Part shown: piece after piece, positions 39,427 through 50,399 of the stretch
How positions within the stretch are numbered: the first letter of the stretch is position 1
Layout: each line of letters starts with the position of its first letter
Origin: Marsupella aquatica
Taxonomy: Eukaryota > Plantae > Marchantiophyta
Direction: 5' to 3'
Length of the DNA stretch: 64,000 nucleotides
Assembly (NCBI GenBank): GCA_973895155.1
Contig: OZ316893.1
Coordinates: forward strand, 15,034,645-15,098,644
Notes under the pieces: model-generated
The model's input: only the letters and a program-made list of their open reading frames with translations
Database searches by the model: none
Told to the model about the DNA's origin: nothing
Translations under genes and position numbers: made by a program

Positions 39427-42400
39427 ATTGGTATCAGAGCATGCCTGGGAGGTGATGAGGGTTTTTTCGTGATGGTTTTTTCCAGCGTTCATTGTCGGTG
39501 TTGCGTTTGGAGTTTCATCGCATGAAACTTGAATGTGTGTGGCTAAGCGAATAGATTTGTGAGAGGGCTTTCTATCGGTGTATAGAACTCATTGGTTGGT
39601 ATCTGTGGTGCGGAGGAATCGGAGTTTGCGTCATTCTAAAGGTTTTTTCGTGTTTGGCGGTTTTTTGGGGGGAGAGACCAGTGTTTATGTTTTTCAACGG
39701 TTTGAGCTTTGCGGCGCACGAGGCGCTGCATGTTGTAGCTCAAGTTGAAGATTGAAGCAAGTTGATCATTTCGGTAGCTGAGTTGCTACCGAGTGGTTAT
39801 CGAGTGCGTTGTGACGAGTGAAGGAGGCGTTCAGATTTTTTCACAGGCTATGGAGCTTGTTCACATCTAAATCGGGTTTCTCATCGTGATGTCCGACTTG
39901 GAGGAAGAAACGCAAAGTGCTACGGCTCAATGGTTTGATTGCGGCAAGGCGGTTATTCTGAGCCCAGAATTGGCACTTGACGCGGAGTGAGTTTGACACG
40001 GTGAAAGGTTTTTTCTGTGCTGGGTTTGCAGACTGTGCCGACGCAATTCAGAAACTTTTCCCGTCGACGGTGTTCAATTTTCTTGTGTAAAAGCGGCAAC
40101 CACGAGGTTTGTAACACAACATCTTTGCTTGGAGTTAATTCTTGTAATTTAAAGGGGCTTTAGGCGGTCCCTTGGTGTGTATACATACCAAAGGGTGTGT
40201 ACACACACCCGGGGTGACCCTGATACCCCCTCTCGTACCAGTCGTACGCCTCCCCCCCGCACTGGGTTTGACGATTGCCGTAGTCACGGCACGCAGCGCC
40301 GGCCGGTACTTAAGCCGCCATCGCGGCTGAGCCCCTCCCTTTCGGCTATTGCCCCCATTTTTACCCCTCGGTGCTGTCGGCGATTGATGCAGTCACGAAG
40401 TCGCAAAAGCGACTCCTTTTCTCCCTGGTCCCTAACCCTGGCAATACCTGGCAAAGCAGCCGATCATAACTCCCGGCCCCTCCCTCGATGCCCTGTATTC
40501 CCCCTGGCGCATTTTGGTGCCCATATTTTTCTAAGGGGCCTGATACCCCCCTTTTACGGCCCAATTTTTTAACTTTTTCCTCCCGACTCTTCCATTGGTT
40601 GCCCCGGGCCCGGTGACCTCCGTTTTAACCGCTTGGACAGGGGGAACGACCCCCTATGAGACCTGTCAGACTGTGCAGGAATATTCCTAAAAAACAAAGA
40701 GCTGTTTTTTGGCCATCCGACAAAGATTTTGCGCGCCAAACGGTAACTTTTTTGGTTCTTTTTCGGTGAGGTTGTAGCCATTGAAGTTAGCAATGCGTCA
40801 CACCGATCAAATTGCAATTTTGACGACGGGTTGTACTTGGAATTTTAATTATTCCCTGTGGTGATCAAAACGGGGGAGTTTCCCAAGGTTTTACCCACCT
40901 CGATCGATACTTGTATAATTTTTCCGTCAAATTTTGATTTTGATATTGGTTTTCAGTGTTGGACTCCTAGCTTCGTGGGCTACGGGGCGGTGTTTAGTTT
41001 TGAGTTTTTGAGAAGTTGTGAAAAATGACATTTTTTTGCAATTTTCTCATATGAGTGATTTAGAGGAGATTTTTGAAGACATGGAACTTGAAGCACGAGG
41101 ATCACCACGACGGTTTGAGGTGGAGAGAGAGGAGCAAGAGGAAGTGCATGTGACACCGGTACCATCACCAGTGCAGCGTGTGGTGGAGGAAGTTGTTCTA
41201 CTATCGGAGCTCACGGTAGTGCCAAAGAAGAAGATGGGTATGTTCAAGCTTGGGGGACCCAAGTATGAAGTGACAAAGTATGATGGGCGCTCTAACTACT
41301 TGCTATGGGAGAAGCAGGTGAAGGGAGTGCTCTATGCTTCAGGAATGGGCCAACTGCTGAGCCCTTGTGAAGACAATGTTGATGAAAACAATGGGACCGC
41401 ATGCAAAAGCAGGGAGTGTGGTGTGTTACTCTCTATCTCATGTCTCCCATCATCAAGCAGTTGGGTGCACACAAGGATTGCATGTCCTTGTTTGCGGAAT
41501 TGCAGAGCAAGTATCACCGCAAGGAGTTGTCGAACCAACTCTATACTTCCTACAAACTGATGAGTTTCAGGATGAAGGAATTCGGTACGAAGTTATAGGA
41601 CCATGTGGTCGTTGACTTGGAAAACCTTGGGGAGACTTTGAATGATGAGATGAAGGCTCTACAGCTTCTCAGTTCATTGCCTCCATCTTACCAATCCCTA
41701 TCACGGGTGTTGTTGCATCGTGATAGGGATACCATTTCATACAATGACGTGGTAGGCTCTATGCTTAGTGATGATCTTCAATAGAAGATGCACATCACGT
41801 CACAATCTTTATCATCTGGTGTTGCCCTCAATGTTAACCGTGGGAGGAGTATGCAGCGACCAACTGGGGACCGTAGAACCCAGTTTAGATCTAAATCCAG
41901 ATCTAAGTCCAGGGGAAAATCTCCTCAGAGGAAGCAGGTGACATGTTGGAAGTGCAACCAGGTTGGAAGTGCAACCTGGTTGGACACTTCAAGCGAGACT
42001 GTAAGGGAAAGGCAGCTGAATCTTCATTGGCATCTAGGAGAGCAGATGATGTGTGAATTCTTGATCATTATGCTTGCTCTTTTCACATTTGTTACATTCG
42101 TGAGTTTTTCAATTCTTACTCTATTTCAAACGGTTTAGTTCTGATGGGAAATCATCACTCCTATCAAATTGAGGGTATTGGATCTATGAAGATTCAAATG
42201 TTTGATGGCGCTGTGCGCATAGTGTCTGGAGTTAGGTATATACCTAGCATGCATAACTAAAAATCTGATTTCACTCGGTGTGTTGGATTCAAATGGTCAT
42301 CAATGGAGCGTTATTGATGGTGAACTTTAAGTCAAGTCGGGAGAGATAATGATTTTAAAGGGGAGCAGACAAAAGAATTTGTATGTGTTACCGGGTGTAT

Positions 42401-44892
42401 TACAGGGCAATACTGTATGTGGAGAGGCCAATGTAACCAAGTCTCACGAGGAGATGACTCAACTGTGGCATTCACGGTTAGGCCACATGAGTGAGAAGGG
42501 TTTGGCTATCGTACGGAAGAATGAACTCATTTATGATTTGCAATCTTGTAAATTAGAGTTCTGTGAGCATTGCATTCTTGAAAAGCAGCATCATGATCGT
42601 GCTTTCGATGTTGGAACTCATCATTCCAAGGCGGTTCTTGAGTATAAACATAGTGACGTGTGGGGTCCATCCCCGATTCCCTCACACTTTGGAAAATTAT
42701 GCTATATATGTATCCTTAATTGACGATTACTCAAGATTTTTATGAATTTATTTCATGACGCATAAGTCTGATGTCTTGTCCATTTTTAAGAAGTGGAAGG
42801 CCCAGGTGGATAATTAGTCTGGAATCACGGTCAAGTGTTTGGATACAAGGGTGAAGAGTCTGAGGTCAGACAACGGCGGGGAGTACACTTTAGTGGAGTT
42901 TGAAGAGTACTCTTCAGAACAGGGGATAACTCGTCATCTCACCACAATTTATACTCCGCAGCAGAATGGTGTCGTTGAAAGGCTCAATCAGACACTATTG
43001 GAGCGATCATGAAGTATGTTGAGCCAATCAGGTTTAGCACATGAATTTTGGGTAGAAGCTGTCAATACTGCAGCTTATTTGGTAAATCTTTCTCCTTCTA
43101 GTGCTATCAATTTCAAAATGTTTGAGATACGTTATAGGCGGCAAGCAGACTCTGGCTTGGTAGTTTTTGGAAGTGATGCATATGCTTTCACACCGAAGTA
43201 GAATAGGACCAAGTTGGATCCTACCTCCAAGAAATGCGTTTTTCTTTGGTACCAGAGTGGTATGAAAGCCTATAGGCTATGAGATCCTATTGCCTGTAAG
43301 CTTGTTGTCAGTAGGGATGTTTCCTTTAATGAATCCAGATTATTGAAGGAGGGGGAGAATACTCAGGTCTCCCGTACTGACAAAGGAAAATCTCATATCC
43401 CAGATCTCGTTGAGGGGAGATTGGTCATGAGGTCCATGACCGGAGAGAAGGAGTTGCTCCAATTATGGAGTTGGTTCCTGTGCCAAAGAAACCAGAGGAG
43501 TTTGTTGATGCTGGTGAGTAGCAAGTGGATGTTGCTGAGCTTTGAATTGTACTAGCACACACTGATCAACCAGAGTCATCGGCTAGAAGAACATTTGGTT
43601 GCACTGTACATGCTCCACCAAGGTATGGATAGTGGGTTGATTCATCTTAGTTGCAAGAGGAGGATTTTGTTACTGGTGATGAAAGTGATGCATTGATTTT
43701 GGAAGAAGGGGAACCTTCTTCATTTCAGGAGGCAAGTGCTTCTAAGGAGAAGCAGAAGTGGATTGTAGCAATGCAAAGTAACGAAGATGCAGTCACTGAA
43801 GGACAACAAAACTTGGGAGCTTGTCAAGCTGCTTAAGAAACAGCAAGTGTTGGACAACAAGTGGATATACAAGCTGAACCTGGATCAATCCACAGGAGGT
43901 GGATGGAAGGTCTACAAGGCTAGGTTGATTCACACAGGAAAAAGGTGTGGATTACAATGAGATCTTCTCACCAGTTGCTAAGTACTCAACAATACGGCTA
44001 TTTGTGTGTTTGTTGTTTTATTTGATCTACTGCTAAGTGCAGAGTTTAAGATGAAAGACTTAGGGCCAGCTAAAAAGATTTTGGGTATGGAGATCACTAG
44101 GGACTGGGAGGCTGGTAAGCTATAGTTGACGTAGAGCAATTTTGTGAGGAAGGTAATTGCAAGGTTCAACATGGGGGATAACAAGCCAGTAAGTACCCCG
44201 TTGGTTCCACACTTCAAGTTGTCATCAGCTTTCTCTCCTACGGATGACACAGAGAAGGGGCTGATGTCAAAGGTTCCTTATGACAAGGCAGTGGGGAGTC
44301 TCATGTATTTGATGACTTGCATTAGACCTGATGTTGCCATGGCTATGGCCAAGGTGAGCAGGTACATGTCGACTCTAGGAAAGGTACACTAGGAAGCAGT
44401 GAAGTGGATTATTTGGTACTTGAAGGGTACCATGGATCATGGTCTATTGTTTGATGCACATGCTGATAATGCTAGATCATTGATGGGCTATGTAGATGCT
44501 GACTATGCACAGGATCTAGATCGGAGGAGGTCAACAACACGTTATGTGTTCACACTTGGCGGTGGATGCATAAGTTGGAGGTCTACTTTGCAAAAGTGTA
44601 TTGCTCAGTCTACTACATAAGCGGAGGATGTTGCAGCAATGGAAGCAGCAAAGGAAGCGATTTGGTTGGACAGACTGATCAGTGAGATGAGATTGCCATA
44701 GGGGAATGTGAAGCTCCATTGTGATAGTCAGAGTGCACTCCACCTTGCTGTGAACCAGGTGATGGACAACAGAGTGAAGCACATCGACGTCAGGTATCAT
44801 TTTATCAGGTAGGTTGTGTTTGATAATATGTTTGAGCTAGTCAAGATTGGCGGTAAACTCAACCTGGCTGACGCTTTTACCAAAGTGATTCC

Positions 44893-45236
44893 TGTTAGAT
44901 ATTGCTCTAGTCTTGTGACTCATGAGCTAACTACAGTTAGTCTAACTCGGGTTAGGACTTAGCTAATGTTAGCGGTAGTGCTGGTGTGCATATAGCCAGG
45001 GCTGATGCCAAACCCTGGTGGAACTTAGGCTCATTGTTACGGAGCTAGTTGAGAGATAGGGAGAGCTTGTGTTGTGGATACTTGGTATGGCCGGTCAGCC
45101 TAGAGTGCAGTAAAGCTCTTGTGTGTTCCCGTGGACGTAGCCTCATGTGGAGGTGAACCACGTATCTCTCTATGTCGACTATTGTGCATTAGATGGTTCA
45201 TGGGCTTGCCGTTGCGAATATCGTCTATGCTCAACA
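44893..45236 (+). mobile_element. Nested solo LTR (344 bp) in the RNase H coding end
   Basis: tgttagatattg...ctatgctcaaca with a perfect TSD ATTCC (44888-44892, 45237-45241). No PBS or PPT alongside. Confidence 0.9.
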
Positions 45237-45495
45237 ATTCCTTTGGAGAGTTTTTCTAGACACCGTGATGCGTTGCAGGTTTTGCAATTGTCTCACAAGT
45301 AGGGTTACTTAACATTTGTGTAGATACTGAGATATGCTCTTGCTCATTCCTTGTATCTAGGCTACGACTTAGTTCAGGTCTACTCTCGTATAAAGAGGGA
45401 AAAACCAATCTTGTTTTTCTTTCCAGAACTTCCCGCTGAGCAAATATATTGGTAGCAGTTTTTACCCTCCCCTAGACTAGAGTCAAGGGGGAGAT

Positions 45496-45844
45496 TGTTA
45501 GGATTTACTCTTAGGTCTAGAGTTACAACTGTACCGTAGTTAAGGCTATTAACCTTAAGCACAAATTTGGTTAGGTTAGTCATGCTGTGCACACTCTATA
45601 ACCAAGCGATGTTTGCTTGGAGAGTGGGAACTCAGGCTCATTGTTATGGAGCTAGTTGAGAGATAGAGAGAGCTTGCGTTGTGAATGTTTGGTATGGCCG
45701 GTCGGCCTAGAATGCAATAAAGCTCATATATGTTCCCGTGGACGTAGCCTCATGTGGAGGTGAACCACGTATCTCTCTGTGTCGACTCTTGTGTGCATTG
45801 GATGGTTCATGGGCTTGCCGTTGTGATTGTGTCTATGCTCAACA
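45496..45844 (+). repeat. 3' LTR (349 bp)
   Basis: Copy of the 5' LTR, preceded by the PPT. Confidence 0.95.
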
Positions 45845-46410
45845 ATTATGGTAGGAGAACTCCCTTGTTGTTTGATTATGGTGATATTTTTCATAATCAT
45901 GAGATGGATCTAAATGTGTCATTGTACACCTTGGCCAACCCATCACTCTCCCAACACCTTGCATACAGCTTCAAATCCAGTTGCCAAGTCTTTTGAATTT
46001 TGTTGTCTTTTTGTATTGTTAGTGCATTTCTAAGACTCAGTTAAGGTAGACTGGGCTTCTATTCACTTTGTGGTTCACTCATACATTGACACATAGGCAC
46101 TTTTCTTGGAGGATTATATCTCATTAACATAGTCAACATAAATATACAGTCTGCTAGAAGATTGTTTTTGCCAGTTTGGTAGTTGTGTATACACTATGCT
46201 GTCAATATGCGCAGTACAATCCATTTTATGAGCGTCTGACAACCTTAATGTAATGCTAAGGCTGGGTCACTCATCCCCTTATGGGACATTTAGTCTCCCC
46301 TATACGGTCTCCAATCCCCACACACACTAATCAACCATATTTGGTAAACTATAACATCCCATAAAGGGAAAGTAGCCCACCTTAACCTTATACATAATGA
46401 TTGCTAGTTA

Positions 46411-47137
46411 CACTGTTCACCGTAATTAGTGTGAGTAACACTAATTTGAGAGTGCCCATTTTTGGGGTCTACTCGCAAACTAGTGTTAGTCACTAATTTC
46501 AAGCAAACACTAATTCCGCGTGCGCCAAATAGTGTTACGTAACACTAATTTGTGTGTACGCAATCTAGTGTTATGTAACACTAATTCACGTGACTTTTTG
46601 ACTCATATCACATGGCACCAGAATGACAGGACTTCAAGAATGACAGGACTTCAAGTGTTCTTGGCAACCAGGCCTCTCATCACAAGCTCTTTGTTAGGGT
46701 ATTCAATTGTCACTCTCATTCAAGCTAACATTGATTGATGAGCACAATGTGAGCTGACAAAAAAAGATCCCTAATAGATGTTTTAGCCTCCATGACTATA
46801 GAGCTCTCTGCACCTCCAAATGCTCTATTATTTGATGGGAAATAAAATCTCCAAAAATGATTGCACAAGGGAGTAAATGTTGCAGAGCCCCCAAATCCCT
46901 AATAGATACTCTAGCCCTCCATGACTACCTTTCACCTCCAGATGATCTACACTAATATGTTGAAACAAAACATTTGAATTAAACCTCAATAAATTATTTT
47001 TTTGAAATCTACATCTATTAGTGTTATTTTTGCTTTAGGATCAAGTGCACATAAATTAGTGTTTAGTAACACTAATTTTGATATAACACTAATGATATAA
47101 CACTAATTTGATACAACACTAATTAAGATGAACAGTG
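46411..47137. mobile_element. CACTG-ended non-autonomous element (CMC/EnSpm-like), 727 bp
   Basis: TIRs cactgttcaccgtaattagtgt / acactaattaagatgaacagtg. Many subterminal aacactaat/tagtgtt motifs at both ends. Flanks read TAGTTA on both sides. Confidence 0.8.
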
Positions 47138-47369
47138 TAGTTAGTTAGCCAAAGAAAAGCCCTGCGGGGCTCAGGGTAATCACATCACACATCAAAATGT
47201 ATGGTGTTCACATTTATCATGGTACGGAGAGGAGACCCAAAATTGACTTGTACGGAGAGTAGACCCAAAATTGACTTTTACCAGCCAGGTTTAGCTAGGG
47301 ACTGCGTTCACTACCGAAGTCGGGTTTTTCCTGGTAAGATTTGAATGTTTTTCGTGTTTGCTGGCACGC

Positions 47370-47479
47370 CGCAATTCGCACCGACGCTGGCTACAGGTCA
47401 CAAATTTCTCTAGGGATCCTGCAAACACCCCGCAATTCGCACCGACGCTGGCTACAGGTCACAAATTTCTCAAGGGATG
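47370..47479. repeat. 61-bp-period tandem duplication upstream of the TYW gene
   Basis: cgcaattcgcaccgacgctggctacaggtcacaaatttctc occurs at 47370 and 47431. Confidence 0.85.
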
Positions 47480-47689
47480 CTGAAGTGAAAGAGAGGACTA
47501 CCATAGCTACAAGCTCATGGCACAGATAGCCCAACTTCATGCCACAGCGCCATGAAGCTATTGTAGCAATCAGTGGCGCGACAGGAAGTTGGATGATCGA
47601 AAGCTGATTGACAAACAAGAGGAAAACAAGAGGACAAACAAAAGGACAAACAAAAGGACAAACAGTAGGGCACTGTGTTGCGTCCATGT

Positions 47690-50188
47690 ATGCGGTCCGA
47701 GAAGGTTCTGAGCTTCAAGACAAGGTATAGGAATTCGAAAGAGATGACGTCAGAACTGCGAAACCAGCTCTCTTCAATTGAAAAGAGGCAATCGAAGATT
47801 CTTGCGAAGACCAGCCATCTTGAGACGCATTTTGGTGTGGAAAATGTTGTTTTACAAGACCAGAAAAAGTCTTTCAGCTCCACAGCATTGGGCCAGCCTG
47901 ATGACTTGTGCGGTTCACTTGCTGCTATCCCCATAGTCTCAGGTGCGGCACTGAAACTGCTGTTCCGATGGGGACACTCTGCGTGTTCAAGAGGGGATTT
48001 CCATGTAATCGTTTTTGCAGGATACGGTGGGTCTGAGAGGCATGCACGGCTGAATGACATTCTCGAGCTGGATGTTAGAGATGGCTGTGTACGGTCTTTG
48101 GCAGCAAGTGGCACACCAGCTCCAATCATGGCACATACAGCTTCAGCGGTTGGTCATAGCATGATCGTTATTGGGGGCAGAAGGTCCCCTACTTGCATTC
48201 TCAATACAGTCTGTATCCTTGATTTGAAAACCCTTGAGTGGAAGCTCCCTGAAGTCAGGGGTGTAGAGTTCCCTCCCAGACATCGCCACGCTGCAGCAGT
48301 GGTTGGTTCGAACGTCTTTGTGCACGGGGGTCTCACTGGCACACAGATACTTGGAGATTTGTACATGTTGGACACGACTTCCTGGATGTGGTCTGTAGTT
48401 TCCTGTCAAGGCAAGCTACCATCTCCCCGCTTCTCCCATTCTCTAGTAGCCGTTGGAGGTAAACTTTACATCTTTGGTGGCAGGGGAAGGAATGCAGCTT
48501 ATGGGGACTTGCATGTGTTGGATCTTGAGACCCTCGTGTGGTCTGAAGCAGAGGTGAAGGGTTTGCCTCCTTCCCCCAGGTATTCACACACTATGACAGT
48601 TGTGGGCCACTATGTTTTGGTTATTGGTGGATGCCCCATTACTACGCAGGGACCAGGTCTTGTTTCCCTTGATCTTCTCAGTATGAGTTGGGTTAGAACG
48701 TCAATTTTTTGGCCCAGTGACATCTTACTGGTTAGACACAGTGCAGTTGTTGTAGGTGAGTCTCTTCTTCTAGTTGGAGGAGGCGCAGCTTGCTTTGCGT
48801 TTGGAACCAATTTTAGCCCAACTCTTGTGATCAAACTGGAGCCATTTCTCCGTCATTTCACATACCCCGAGACTCCTTTTGAATTTATACAGTCAAAAGA
48901 GTTACCTCCAGAGGTCTGTGGAACCGAGAAGGAGGAGATTGTCAGTTGGGTTTTGAAGGTAGACAAGGATAAAGCCAAGGTGGCCAAAGACGCTTTGAAA
49001 CTGCTGAAGTGGTTGGACCCAAGCAGGAAGTCAAGAGAGATTGATAAAAATAAAAATGTCGCTTTTCCAATCTTAGAAATAGCTGTCCCATTGCTGAAAA
49101 GTGCACACTTAGATAAGGTTGATCCCGACCATCAAGCAAGTGCTTCAAATGAAAGTGACAAGTGTCCAACTGATCTTGCTCTGGGGAAGTTATTTGACTG
49201 TGGCGTTGAGTTACAGAAATTGGAAATGCCGCCAGTAAGTAGGCACGACAGCAGTCCTAGAGTTTCTCTCCAAACATCTATCTCCGCGTTGCTGGAGCAA
49301 AATGGCATGGCTCTATCTCTAGTGGAAGAACTGCCGAAAAGATGGGAGCGGCTTGGCGACATGATTGTACTTCCCTCAGGGTCGTTGAACAGCCCTGTGT
49401 GGTCCTCACTCGGTGAAAATTTGTGGAGAACTATTGCATTTTCTTTTGGTGCAAGCCGGTTAGGGCGGCAGGCGCCAATTGCCTCAACTGGAACAAGAGA
49501 TAGTCAGCTCCAATTTCTATATGGGCTTGATGGATGGGTTGAACATCGAGAAAATGGGATTCTATACTGCTTTGATGCCTTGAAGTGCATGTTTTCATCC
49601 GGAAACGTGTCTGATAAACTTCGTGTAGCGAACATGCGGTGCCGAGGTGCAACAGTGGTCGATCTATTCGCTGGTATTGGATATTATGTCTTACCATTTT
49701 TACTCAAGGCAGATGCGCAGAAAGTGTTCGCTTGTGAATGGAATCCCAATGCCATTGTTGCTCTACGCCACAACTTAGCTGTGAATGACGTTGAAGCCAA
49801 GTGTGAGGTGCTTGAAGGGGACAACCGAATCACTGCTCCTAAAGGCGTGGCTGATATTGTGAGCCTTGGGCTTCTCCCAAGCAGTGAAGGCAGTTGGCCC
49901 GTGGCCGTCAAGGCTTTGAGGCCTGAAGGGGGCATCCTACTGGTTCACGGAAATGTGAAGGGTACTGATGAGAAGGTTTGGATTGAATATCTTCTGAAGT
50001 CAATATCAACTCTAGCTGCCTCTTTAGGACGTGCATGGGAGATATCTCTTGTTCATTTTGAAAGAGTAAAGTGGTATGCCCCACACATTCGACACGTTGT
50101 GGCTGACGTTTGCTGCAAAGAAGCTCTTGGTGTCCCTCAAGTTGTTAAGAGTGCAACAGATACAACACGAGAACTTCATTTGCTGTAA
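47690..50188 (+). CDS. TYW2: tRNA wybutosine-synthesising protein (Kelch + TYW2/Met-10+ domains; TYW2/3/4 family), intronless, 832 aa
   Basis: Kelch repeats (RWGHSA, IVIGGR, PRHRHAA, PRFSHSL, GGGAACFAFGT), then LPKRWERLGD, WVEHRENGILYCFDALKCMFSSGN, SAM motif VVDLFAGIGYY, ACEWNP, LGLLPSSE and VKWYAPHIRHVVADV. Confidence 0.92.
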   Translation: MRSEKVLSFKTRYRNSKEMTSELRNQLSSIEKRQSKILAKTSHLETHFGVENVVLQDQKKSFSSTALGQPDDLCGSLAAIPIVSGAALKLLFRWGHSACSRGDFHVIVFAGYGGSERHARLNDILELDVRDGCVRSLAASGTPAPIMAHTASAVGHSMIVIGGRRSPTCILNTVCILDLKTLEWKLPEVRGVEFPPRHRHAAAVVGSNVFVHGGLTGTQILGDLYMLDTTSWMWSVVSCQGKLPSPRFSHSLVAVGGKLYIFGGRGRNAAYGDLHVLDLETLVWSEAEVKGLPPSPRYSHTMTVVGHYVLVIGGCPITTQGPGLVSLDLLSMSWVRTSIFWPSDILLVRHSAVVVGESLLLVGGGAACFAFGTNFSPTLVIKLEPFLRHFTYPETPFEFIQSKELPPEVCGTEKEEIVSWVLKVDKDKAKVAKDALKLLKWLDPSRKSREIDKNKNVAFPILEIAVPLLKSAHLDKVDPDHQASASNESDKCPTDLALGKLFDCGVELQKLEMPPVSRHDSSPRVSLQTSISALLEQNGMALSLVEELPKRWERLGDMIVLPSGSLNSPVWSSLGENLWRTIAFSFGASRLGRQAPIASTGTRDSQLQFLYGLDGWVEHRENGILYCFDALKCMFSSGNVSDKLRVANMRCRGATVVDLFAGIGYYVLPFLLKADAQKVFACEWNPNAIVALRHNLAVNDVEAKCEVLEGDNRITAPKGVADIVSLGLLPSSEGSWPVAVKALRPEGGILLVHGNVKGTDEKVWIEYLLKSISTLAASLGRAWEISLVHFERVKWYAPHIRHVVADVCCKEALGVPQVVKSATDTTRELHLL

Positions 50189-50399
50189 ATGCAATATAAT
50201 TTCCATGCCATCTGTGTCGCAGTGGGAATGGTTTCGGTAGATAGTCAATACAATCATATCTGTGATGTTCTTACCCAAGCACGATGAAGTTACCATGTAA
50301 TATGGTCTATAAACAGCTCGGTTTGCTGGGAAAAGGTGTATCGGTGAGACTGACAGATTGACAGCCGGACAAACGTAAGCCTCCCGCACAAGAACATGA

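Larger units (their letters stand above)
39082..45844 (+). mobile_element. Ty1/copia LTR retrotransposon, decayed
   Basis: TG...CA LTRs at 39082-39426 and 45496-45844; PBS tggtatcagagc (tRNA-iMet) at 39429-39440; PPT caagggggagat before the 3' LTR; TSD ATTCT/ATTAT. Remnants of gag (KYDGRSNYLLWE), zinc knuckle, GAG-pre-integrase (LWHSRLGHMSEKG), integrase (SDNGGEY, TPQQNG), RT and RNase H (GYVDADYAQDLDRRRSTT) lie in copia order, with many stops and frameshifts. Confidence 0.96.

Noticed and set aside
47515-49935. Minus-strand ORFs (up to 204 aa)
   Set aside because: Antisense shadows of the TYW CDS.
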